A stretch of DNA of 52,106 bases from Elusimicrobiota bacterium. Its GTDB lineage: Bacteria > Elusimicrobiota > Elusimicrobia > Elusimicrobiales > UBA9959. The notes below the pieces were generated by a model, which saw only the letters and a program-made list of their open reading frames with translations, searched no databases and had not been told where the DNA came from. Positions 10,112-18,581 of the stretch are shown piece by piece (the stretch's first letter is position 1; the number at the start of each line of letters is the position of its first letter). The DNA is taken from positions 1 through 52,106 of the forward strand of contig JBAXKK010000005.1 of the NCBI GenBank assembly GCA_037137395.1, in the 5' to 3' direction. Both the position numbers and the translations under genes were made by a program.

Positions 10112-11002
10112 ATGGGGCATGAAATCAGAATTCCAGATAAGATTAGCTTTACGCGCGCTCAGGCTGTCGCCGGGTTGCTGTTGTTTGTCGTTTGCGCCTT
10201 TTACGAAATTGCAGGCTCAGAGACCTTGACGATGACCACATATTATCCCGCGCCCTACGGCGGCTATGCCAGCCTTTTGACCACCGGGCAGACCTTGCTT
10301 GCCAGGGATGGCGGCAGCGTAGGGATAGGAACGCCGACGCCGGGCGCGAAATTAGACATTAAAGGGTTAGGGAATACCGCCGCCACTTTAGGATTAGGTA
10401 TACGCAACAGTAACAATACCGCTGCCATGGTTGTTCGCGATGACGGCAATGTCGGTATAGGCACCTCAAACCCGCAGGCAAAACTGGATGTTAACGGGCT
10501 GGTAAAAATAGGAAACTTTGCCTCCGATAGTACGGCTACTAATAGCCTCTTAGGGAGTTTACCGGCAGATGGAAGCATTTATTACAATACCACATCGAAC
10601 AATTTCCGGGGAATGAAGAATGGTAGTTGGGCTAATCTCATGCCAACAATTCACGATTGCGTTGGTACCGATATTTACCCCTGGTGGCCCAGCTTGACAG
10701 GAGGAGTGTGGGTAACTCACCCATGGAAGAAAAATGAATGCACCAATGGCCTCCCTGGTCCTGGTTGTGTAGGCACCCTGTCAATGACTATGGGTCAAAG
10801 TTCTTCGTATGCATCGACTCTGGTTGTTAATCCGGGAGAGATGGGATTCTGGGGAACCGCTACAATGTGGACTGATTCATCGGGTATAGAACATTGGGTA
10901 GGTGGTACTTCTTCTGCATTACTAAATGGAGGAGTTTCTGCATATATATCCAAAGCCCCCTGGACCAATATGGCTGTGCATGCTGTATATATTTGTCCAT
11001 AG
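10112..11002 (+). CDS. Surface/fibre-like protein with VGIGTxxP repeats and Cys-rich C-terminal domain
   Basis: N-terminal hydrophobic helix, then TLTMTTYYPAPYG and two GxVGIGTxxPxAKLD repeats; SD GGAGG. Confidence 0.75.
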   Translation: MGHEIRIPDKISFTRAQAVAGLLLFVVCAFYEIAGSETLTMTTYYPAPYGGYASLLTTGQTLLARDGGSVGIGTPTPGAKLDIKGLGNTAATLGLGIRNSNNTAAMVVRDDGNVGIGTSNPQAKLDVNGLVKIGNFASDSTATNSLLGSLPADGSIYYNTTSNNFRGMKNGSWANLMPTIHDCVGTDIYPWWPSLTGGVWVTHPWKKNECTNGLPGPGCVGTLSMTMGQSSSYASTLVVNPGEMGFWGTATMWTDSSGIEHWVGGTSSALLNGGVSAYISKAPWTNMAVHAVYICP

Positions 11003-11071
11003 GACGCTGACCTGACAGCCGCATCCCTCACCCGCAACCCGCCGCACCTCCAATTTTTCTCAAGACAGCCG

Positions 11072-11139
11072 TGGGCCTTTGGGCCCATCCTTTATTGGGC
11101 CTGATGACTATTGACTTTTATCAGGCTGGGGTGTATAAC
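11072..11139 (+). promoter_or_regulatory. Sigma70-type promoter with upstream tandem inverted-repeat boxes
   Basis: TTGACT (11111-11116) - 17 nt - TATAAC (11134-11139); boxes at 11073-11086 and 11097-11110. Confidence 0.7.
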
Positions 11140-11182
11140 ATACCTGTCAGGCACCTTAAAATAAAAAGGACTTGAGGAATTT

Positions 11183-12205
11183 ATGAAAAGAACGCTGAAA
11201 GCCACACTTGCTCTGTCCGTGATATCCGCGATGTTTTCGACCGCGTCCTTCGCGTACGAAAAAAGCATATACGGAAATGACGACCGCGTGGAACTTTTCT
11301 CCGCCACTCCAAAAATATCCGAGCTGGCGGATTCTGTGGTTTCCTTCTGGAGCTCGGCTAAAGTGCAGTATGACTCGGCCTCCAACACCTTCTCACTTAA
11401 AACGGTAAATTTCGGCGACGCGTACAAACTCTGCGCCGGCGAGAAGTTCCGCGAGCAGCCCATGGGAGCTTTCTGCTCCGGTTCCCTGGTGGGCGATGAT
11501 CTGATTATGACCGCCGGGCACTGCATAACCGACCAGGCCAAGTGCGACGATACCAAGATCGTCTTCGGCTTCGCTCTTAAGGATCCAAACGGAGAAGCTA
11601 CGACCAAAATGGGACAGGAGGCTGTCTACTCCTGTAAGAAAATAATCACGCGCTTCCTCGGCAGCGAGCCCGGCTCAGCCAACCCCGAAGGCCAGCGCCT
11701 CGGCCCCGATTACGCGCTTATCCAGCTTGACCGCAAAGTCACCGGCCACAAGCCTCTGGCGATAAACAGGGGACAGAATCTTAAAAAAGGGGCCAAGATG
11801 ATGGTCATAGGCCACCCCGTGGGCCTGCCCCTTAAGATCGCGGCCAGCGCCTCCATAAGAGACGCTTCCCCAAAAGGGTATTTCGTCGCGGATCTCGACA
11901 CCTTCGGCGGCAACTCCGGCTCGCCGGTTTTTAATTCGTCAACCAACCTGATCGAGGGCATACTGGTTCGCGGCGATGAGGATTTCAAGTCTACCCCGGA
12001 CGGCTGCACGACCGTGGCCACCTATCCCCAGAACGGCGGACGCGGCGAGGATGTGACCAAAGTCTCCGTCCTGGAGTCTTTTATACCGAAACCAGGCAAG
12101 GAAAGCGAATCCGCCGAAATTATTTCCCGAGACGTGCAAGCGGTCATTGAAATACCTGAGGGGCAGGAAGACTTCAACCGGCGTTTCGAAGCTAATTTCC
12201 AGTAA
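11183..12205 (+). CDS. Secreted trypsin-like (S1) serine protease
   Basis: Signal peptide; TAGHC, DYAL and DTFGGNSGSP catalytic triad motifs. Confidence 0.93.
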   Translation: MKRTLKATLALSVISAMFSTASFAYEKSIYGNDDRVELFSATPKISELADSVVSFWSSAKVQYDSASNTFSLKTVNFGDAYKLCAGEKFREQPMGAFCSGSLVGDDLIMTAGHCITDQAKCDDTKIVFGFALKDPNGEATTKMGQEAVYSCKKIITRFLGSEPGSANPEGQRLGPDYALIQLDRKVTGHKPLAINRGQNLKKGAKMMVIGHPVGLPLKIAASASIRDASPKGYFVADLDTFGGNSGSPVFNSSTNLIEGILVRGDEDFKSTPDGCTTVATYPQNGGRGEDVTKVSVLESFIPKPGKESESAEIISRDVQAVIEIPEGQEDFNRRFEANFQ

Positions 12206-12331
12206 GATTTAAGAGCGCCATAGGCCTTAAGCCGTACGCTATTAAGGATTCCCCTTTAATAGCTATTCGGAATATACCTATGGCGTTTTCTGTTTATGAC
12301 AAGGCGGGCCACCAAAAGCGTAAGCCCAGAT

Positions 12332-12400
12332 CGTCTTTCCGGCGAAAGCCGGAATCCATAGATATCTACGCTGCTGGACCCCGGCTTTCGCCGGGGCGAC
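12332..12400. repeat. REP-like double-hairpin repeat (CGTC type)
   Basis: CGTCTTTCCGGCGAAAGCCGGAATCCA-spacer-TGGACCCCGGCTTTCGCCGGGGCGAC: two inverted copies, each a hairpin. Confidence 0.75.
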
Positions 12401-12547
12401 ATCAAAAGCTTCACAAGAACTAGCAAAAGTGTTTCTATGAGCCTGTGCGTGTCATGTGTGCTTTTGGCCGGGCCCCATAACACAGCAGTACGGTTATGAC
12501 TTAAAAGTGATATAATTATTTTCTAAAACAAAGCTAAAAGAGGGAAT

Positions 12548-13093
12548 ATGAAAACACTATTATCCGCTGTTATGATTTTCGGCTTAACCGCCGGCGTGTC
12601 CATGGCCGGGGGCAAAAAAACCATCGAATGTCCGATGATGGCCAAAAGCAAAAAGTGCGCGGTCTGCCCCGAAAAACTGAAAGGCGTACAAACCTTAAGC
12701 AGGAACACGGCGAATGGCGTGGAAATAACCATGTCCGCCAGCGACAAAGAACTCACCGCGAGGATTCAGGAACTTGCTTTGATCCACTACAACGTTAAAG
12801 ACACCATGGACGCCAACTGCCCGGGCCGCGTGGAAGGCGCACAAACGAACATAATAAATACTGAGACCGGCGCAAAAGTGGAAATTACCGGCGCAACTCC
12901 GGAAACAATAAAGAAGATTCAGGAGGCTTCCATGAAAGAGCATGGGATGCCAATCTCCGCCAGGGAAGTAAAAAAAGGCTCCGTTAAAAAATCTGAACGA
13001 TCGGCTAAATACGTCTGTCCTATGGGCTGCGCGACCTCGGATAAACCGGGCAAGTGCCCGAAATGCGGGATGCAGATGAAGGAGAAGAAGTAA
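12548..13093 (+). CDS. Exported Cys-rich protein with C-terminal heavy-metal-binding-like domain
   Basis: Signal peptide; YVCPMGC..SDKPGKCPKCGM at the C-terminus. Confidence 0.8.
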   Translation: MKTLLSAVMIFGLTAGVSMAGGKKTIECPMMAKSKKCAVCPEKLKGVQTLSRNTANGVEITMSASDKELTARIQELALIHYNVKDTMDANCPGRVEGAQTNIINTETGAKVEITGATPETIKKIQEASMKEHGMPISAREVKKGSVKKSERSAKYVCPMGCATSDKPGKCPKCGMQMKEKK

Positions 13094-13100
13094 AAACACC

Positions 13101-13772
13101 ATGGTCACGAAAATGCTCCGCAAAGTTTGTTTTTTTAAAGCCCTGACTCCGAGGGAAATAAACCAGATACTGTCCATCGCCAAGCTTAAGCGTTATAAAA
13201 GCGGCGACCTCGTATTCATGAAGGAAGATATTGGCAACACCTTCTTCATCGTGAAGTCCGGACGGATAAAGATTTATACCTCCATAGGATCGGAGAAAAA
13301 AAAGACATTCGCTTTTCTTAAAAAAGGAGACTTCTTCGGCGAGATGTCGCTGTTGGGCGGCAAAGTCCGCTCAGCCTCCGCCCGGGCCGTGGAAGAAAGC
13401 GAACTCATTGTGATCTCAAAAAAGAACTTCAAGGAACTTATTCGCCAGAGCCCGGATTTCACACTCAAACTGCTTTATACGCTGGCGAACCGCCTTAACA
13501 AATCCGATAAAGAAATAGAGTCAATGCTGTTCCACAACATCCTGGGTCGCCTGGCCGAAGCGATAATCGACTTAACTAAAGACAACCATGCCAAAATCAT
13601 AAAGATGGCCATAGACCAGAACGAGCTGGCGGAATACATGGGAACCACCCGCGTGCCGGTCTGCAGAGCCATTAACACGCTTAAGCGCAGCGGTGTAATA
13701 GAATACCGTCGGGGGGAACTCACGGTACTTAGCATGAATAAGCTCCGGTCAATCGCAGGCAACGCCGTATGA
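13101..13772 (+). CDS. Crp/Fnr family transcriptional regulator
   Basis: cNMP-binding FFGEMSLL...RSA motif; C-terminal HTH (QNELAEYMGTTRVPVCRAIN). Confidence 0.93.
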   Translation: MVTKMLRKVCFFKALTPREINQILSIAKLKRYKSGDLVFMKEDIGNTFFIVKSGRIKIYTSIGSEKKKTFAFLKKGDFFGEMSLLGGKVRSASARAVEESELIVISKKNFKELIRQSPDFTLKLLYTLANRLNKSDKEIESMLFHNILGRLAEAIIDLTKDNHAKIIKMAIDQNELAEYMGTTRVPVCRAINTLKRSGVIEYRRGELTVLSMNKLRSIAGNAV

Positions 13773-15028
13773 ACATACATTCCCTCAGGGGCTTTAGAGA
13801 TTTATTGCCGCCCGAATCGACCCTTTTCGCGCGCATAGAGGCCTCAGCCCGGGAGGTATTCGAGCTCTACGGATACCAGGAGATACGGATCCCCACCATA
13901 GAATCCAGAGAATTATTCGTCAAATCCACCGGGGATACCACCGATATCGTTGAGAAAGAAATGTACGCCTTTACCGACCAGGGAGGGAGGGAGGTTGCGG
14001 TGCGGCCCGAAGGCACTCCGGGAGTAGTCCGCGCGTACATAGAGCAAAACCTGAGCCAGAACGGCAGGAACGGAAAATATTTTTATATAGGCAATATGTT
14101 CAGAGCGGAGCGTCCCCAGGCCGGCCGCTACCGTGAGTTCACGCAGATAGGAGCCGAGTATATCGGCAATGCGTCTCCCTTCTCCGACGCCGAAACCATC
14201 ACCCTGCTCGTGAGGCTTCTGGAAAAAGCCGGCTTGCCGGGACTTTCCGTGGAGATAAATTCTCTCGGCTGCGGAGAGTGCCGCAAGATCTACCGCGAAA
14301 TCCTGTTGAATTACCTTAAAGCCAACATCGCCACGCTCTGTGAGCCGTGTAAAAACAGGATAGACCGCAATCCGCTCCGGGCTTTGGATTGCAAGATAGA
14401 CGGCTCCGCCTTGGCTGAAAAAGCCCCAAAACTGACTCTATGCGCGCCCTGCGCCGAACATTTTGACAAGACCCGGGCACTGCTGAAGTCTTCCGGAGTG
14501 GAATTCACAGTTAACCTGAATATGGTCCGTGGGCTGGATTATTATACCCGCACCGTCTTTGAAGTTAAGAGTTCCTCGCTGGGAAGCCAGGACGCCGTGG
14601 CCGGGGGCGGGCGCTACGATGATCTTGTTAAGTCTATGGGCGGCCCGCAGGCCCCGGCCATCGGCTGGGCGATGGGCGTGGACCGCGTGGCAATGTTACT
14701 GAAGGACAAAGCTCCGGCCACGGCTCCGGCCGTGTTCGTAATCGCTGCCTCCAAGGAGGCCCAGGACGCCGCTTTCAAAATCCTGGGCGAACTGCGCGCG
14801 CAGGGCATCAGCGCCGATTTCTCAAATTTAGAGCTGAGCCTTAAATCCCAGCTGCGCTCAGCCGACAGATCGGGCGCCTTCATCGCCGTCCTTCTTGGCG
14901 AGGAAGAGGTGAAAAATTCCGTCTGCGCCATAAAGTTCCTCAAGGAAAAGCGCGAACAGCAGATAGTGCCCGCGGCCGGCCTTATCACCGAGTTGAAAAA
15001 AATTCTCGGCAACGCCCCGACGCCGTAA
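13769..15028 (+). CDS. hisS: Histidine--tRNA ligase
   Basis: KEMY, RPEGT, FRAERPQAGRYREF, RGLDYY and GGGRYD motifs. Confidence 0.98.
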   Translation: MNIHSLRGFRDLLPPESTLFARIEASAREVFELYGYQEIRIPTIESRELFVKSTGDTTDIVEKEMYAFTDQGGREVAVRPEGTPGVVRAYIEQNLSQNGRNGKYFYIGNMFRAERPQAGRYREFTQIGAEYIGNASPFSDAETITLLVRLLEKAGLPGLSVEINSLGCGECRKIYREILLNYLKANIATLCEPCKNRIDRNPLRALDCKIDGSALAEKAPKLTLCAPCAEHFDKTRALLKSSGVEFTVNLNMVRGLDYYTRTVFEVKSSSLGSQDAVAGGGRYDDLVKSMGGPQAPAIGWAMGVDRVAMLLKDKAPATAPAVFVIAASKEAQDAAFKILGELRAQGISADFSNLELSLKSQLRSADRSGAFIAVLLGEEEVKNSVCAIKFLKEKREQQIVPAAGLITELKKILGNAPTP

Positions 15029-15044
15029 CTACCCTAGGAGTTAT

Positions 15045-16811
15045 ATGTCAATCACTACCACAACATTCCGCACTCATAACTGCGGAGAACTCACCGCGAA
15101 AAACATCGGGCAGACCGTCACACTGTGCGGCTGGATGGACGTAAAGCGCAATCACGGCGGCGTTATTTTCGTTAATTTGAGGGACCTCTACGGCGTCACT
15201 CAGGTGGTAGTCAAGCCAGAAAACCCGGTTTTCAAGTCAGCCGAAGACCTTAAGAGCGAATATGTTCTAAAAGTCACCGGTAAAGTTTCGGCCCGGCCCG
15301 GCGCCAACGCCAACAAAGGCATGCCCACCGGCGAAATAGAGGTGGATGCCGGGAGTCTCGAAGTGCTGAACACGTCCCAACCTCTGCCTTTTGAGCTGAG
15401 CGAGCACGCCGGAGTCAACGAAGACACCCGCCTCACCTACCGTTTTCTGGATCTGCGCATGCCACGCATGGCAAAGAACCTGGTGTTAAGGAGCCGTCTA
15501 TCCCAAGTAGTCCGCAATTACCTCTACGCCCTCGACTTTAACGAAATAGAAACTCCGATGCTGACCCGCTCTACGCCCGAAGGCGCTCGCGACTTCGTGG
15601 TTCCGTCCCGCAATAACCCCGGCAAGTTCTACGCTCTCCCGCAGTCGCCCCAACAATTCAAGCAGGTGCTGATGATGTCCGGCATGGACCGTTACTTCCA
15701 GCTGGCCCGCAATTTCCGTGACGAGGAATTACGCTCCGACCGCCAGCCCGAGCACACGCAGATAGATCTGGAAATGTCGTTCGTTGACGAGCAGGACATA
15801 GCCCGCGTGGTTGAAGGCATGATGAAGGCGGTTTTCGCCCATATAGGTGAAGAGATCTCCGGCCCTTTCCCCGAAATGGAGTTTTCAGATGTGATGCTGA
15901 AATATGGTTCCGATAAGCCTGACCTGCGCTACGGCCTTGAGATAAAGGACTGTTCAGATATTTTCAGAGCATCCGGCTTCAAGGTTTTTTCGGAAGCCCT
16001 GGCAGTGGGCGGAGTCATACGCGCGATAAAGGGTGAGAAAGGCGCCTCCTTCAGCCGCGGCGACATGGACAAACTGACCGACCTGGCAAAGAAGCACGGC
16101 GCCAAAGGCCTGATCTGGCTGCGTTTTAAAGATGGAAAATTCGAATCCCCTACGCTGAAATTCATGACGGAAGCCGAACTTGCCGCGCTTAAAACTCTGC
16201 TTTCTGTGGGAGAAGGCGACGCGGTATTCATGGCCGCCGATAAACCCTCAGCGGCGGCGTCCTGCCTTGGAGCTCTGCGCAATGAGCTTATTGCCCGTCT
16301 GAAACCTGCACAGACAAAAAAGTGGGCTTTCCTATGGGTGCGGCATTTCCCGCTGTTGGAAAAAGATGCGGAATCCGGCAACTGGACTTTCACGCACAAT
16401 CCATTTACCGCGCCTATGCCGGAAGAGCTCCACAAGCTGGACACGGACCCCGGGAATGTCCGCTCATGCCAGTACGACCTGGTTCTTAACGGCGTGGAAC
16501 TTGGTTCCGGCTCGGTCAGGAACCACACCCGCGCCCTGCAGGAAAAGATCTTCGCCCTGATGGGTTACGACAAGGAGCAGGCACAGCGCCGCTTCGGCAT
16601 GATAGTCAACGCCATGGACTACGGCGCACCCCCGCACGGCGGCATAGGCATAGGCTACGACAGACTAATCGGCATAATCTGCGGCACCGACTCCATCAGG
16701 GATGTCATAGCGTTCCCTAAAACTACCAGCGGCGCCTGCCTGATGAGCGAAGCCCCATCCACGCTGGACGAGAGACAGCTCAAAGAATTGCATCTCAAGA
16801 TAGAGGAATAG
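15045..16811 (+). CDS. aspS: Aspartate--tRNA ligase
   Basis: RTHNCGEL, TPEGARDF, LPQSPQ, RQPEHTQID, YGSDKPDLR and GAPPHGG motifs. Confidence 0.98.
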   Translation: MSITTTTFRTHNCGELTAKNIGQTVTLCGWMDVKRNHGGVIFVNLRDLYGVTQVVVKPENPVFKSAEDLKSEYVLKVTGKVSARPGANANKGMPTGEIEVDAGSLEVLNTSQPLPFELSEHAGVNEDTRLTYRFLDLRMPRMAKNLVLRSRLSQVVRNYLYALDFNEIETPMLTRSTPEGARDFVVPSRNNPGKFYALPQSPQQFKQVLMMSGMDRYFQLARNFRDEELRSDRQPEHTQIDLEMSFVDEQDIARVVEGMMKAVFAHIGEEISGPFPEMEFSDVMLKYGSDKPDLRYGLEIKDCSDIFRASGFKVFSEALAVGGVIRAIKGEKGASFSRGDMDKLTDLAKKHGAKGLIWLRFKDGKFESPTLKFMTEAELAALKTLLSVGEGDAVFMAADKPSAAASCLGALRNELIARLKPAQTKKWAFLWVRHFPLLEKDAESGNWTFTHNPFTAPMPEELHKLDTDPGNVRSCQYDLVLNGVELGSGSVRNHTRALQEKIFALMGYDKEQAQRRFGMIVNAMDYGAPPHGGIGIGYDRLIGIICGTDSIRDVIAFPKTTSGACLMSEAPSTLDERQLKELHLKIEE

Positions 16812-16933
16812 CGAGCTAGAGGCGAGAGGCAAAGCCGTCTAGATGTAAAGCGATTTAGCCAAATTGCTGACCTGCTTTTGCCTCTAGATTGCTCGATTGC
16901 TGTACATCTAAATGGCCGAATTACTGATTTGCT

Positions 16934-17821
16934 ATGACATATCCAGATTGGATACTTGAAGAGGTGAAGAGGAACAAGGCCGGCCTGCGTGACAGTTCTT
17001 CGCGCAATACCATGGGGGACCTTTCCTCCGCCCACCTGCGCACCGTATGCCAAGAAGCTTTATGCCCTAATAAGGGCAAGTGCTTTTCGCAGGGGGACGC
17101 AACTTTCCTTATCCTCGGCGACATCTGCACCAGGTCCTGCCGCTTTTGCGCCGTTTCAAAAGCAGCCCCCAAACCGCCGGATGCCGGCGAACCGCGCCGC
17201 GTGGGGGAACTGTCAAAAAAATGGAAACTGAACCACGTTGTCTTCACCTCCCCTACGCGCGACGATCTTTCCGACGGCGGTGCCGCGCACTTCGCCGAAA
17301 CTGTGCGAGAGTTGCGCAAAGCGGATCCCGCCATGAAAACGGAACCTCTCATACCCGATCTTAATGGCGATCTTGACGCGCTTGCGACGATACTGGCATC
17401 AGAACCTGATGTTTTAGGGCACAACGTGGAGACCGTACCCGCGCTTTACGGCAAAGTGCGAGCTGGCGCCGATTATAAACGTTCCCTGGGAATAATTAAA
17501 GCCGCGCACCGCATGCGCCCGGACATCCTGACCAAATCTGGACTGATGCTTGGCCTGGGGGAAAGCGAGAATGAGATAGAGAGCGCCCTCGCGGATCTGC
17601 GGGAGCACGGCTGCGACCTTCTGACTTTAGGGCAGTATCTCGCTCCGTCCAGGGAACATTTGCCTGTTGAACGATACGCAACGCCAGAGGAATTCTTATT
17701 TTGGGAAGAACGGGCGGAGAAATTGGGATTTAAAGCCGCACTTTGCGGGCCCCTGGTCAGAAGTTCTTACCGCGCCGGAGCCCTCTACCGGAAAGCAAGA
17801 CAGAAGATGGACAGTATTTAA
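16934..17821 (+). CDS. lipA: Lipoyl synthase
   Basis: CQEALCPNKGKC (CX4CX5C), CTRSCRFC and RSSY motifs. Confidence 0.96.
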   Translation: MTYPDWILEEVKRNKAGLRDSSSRNTMGDLSSAHLRTVCQEALCPNKGKCFSQGDATFLILGDICTRSCRFCAVSKAAPKPPDAGEPRRVGELSKKWKLNHVVFTSPTRDDLSDGGAAHFAETVRELRKADPAMKTEPLIPDLNGDLDALATILASEPDVLGHNVETVPALYGKVRAGADYKRSLGIIKAAHRMRPDILTKSGLMLGLGESENEIESALADLREHGCDLLTLGQYLAPSREHLPVERYATPEEFLFWEERAEKLGFKAALCGPLVRSSYRAGALYRKARQKMDSI

Positions 17822-17827
17822 TATTTC

Positions 17828-18529
17828 ATGAAAGACGACAGAACTATAACTTTTATCTGGATGAAAACGAGCTGGGACTTCTGCCTCGATAATTATCTTT
17901 GCATCCTGCCGGCCGTACTGGCTTTCCAGATAATAGCCGTTATGCCTTCGCTTCTGATCTGGAAATATTTTGATAACCGCTGGTACGCCATGCCCTGGGA
18001 AATAATTATAGGCGCCCCGATGACAGTGGGAATAAATCTGTTCTTCATAAACCTGAACCGCAATGGGCAAGCGGACTACGGAGATCTCTTCCGCGGCTTT
18101 TCCGTTTTTCCGGCCGCCGTGTCAGTCTCCTTCGCTTACGGGCTGATCGTTACCTCCGGACTGGTAATGCTGGTTGTCCCCGGCGTCATCTGGGGCCTGA
18201 AGTATATTTTCGCCCAGTATTCTGTTATTTACAAAAGGACAGGTTTTAAAGCCTCTTTCACACACAGTTCGCTTATCACCTACGGTTTTAAAGAGAGACT
18301 TTTACCTGTCGCCCTGCTGTGGGTTATGCTGGAGATACTGACCCCCGGCATAATGAGGGCTGAAGGTTCAATAACCAGCATGCGGCTGGCCTTTGATTTA
18401 AAGCCGTGGGTCGTGACCGCTTTTACATTAAAGACTCTGATCTTCCTGCCTTGGCTTAACATGGTGCTGGTCAGGGCCTATCTCGACCTGATGAAACACA
18501 ATGAAAGACAAGTGATCAGTGGCGCTTGA
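17828..18529 (+). CDS. Integral membrane protein (DUF975-like)
   Basis: Multi-TM; G..LVVPGVIW..KY..A.Y pattern. Confidence 0.7.
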   Translation: MKDDRTITFIWMKTSWDFCLDNYLCILPAVLAFQIIAVMPSLLIWKYFDNRWYAMPWEIIIGAPMTVGINLFFINLNRNGQADYGDLFRGFSVFPAAVSVSFAYGLIVTSGLVMLVVPGVIWGLKYIFAQYSVIYKRTGFKASFTHSSLITYGFKERLLPVALLWVMLEILTPGIMRAEGSITSMRLAFDLKPWVVTAFTLKTLIFLPWLNMVLVRAYLDLMKHNERQVISGA

Positions 18530-18581
18530 TTGATAATCGCCGCTGCCGCGCTATCTTCCTGCCGATCTGCCGCGCTAATCT

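Noticed and set aside
10112..11002. DGR target or shufflon cassette
   Set aside because: No reverse transcriptase, template repeat, recombinase or sfx-like repeats seen in the window
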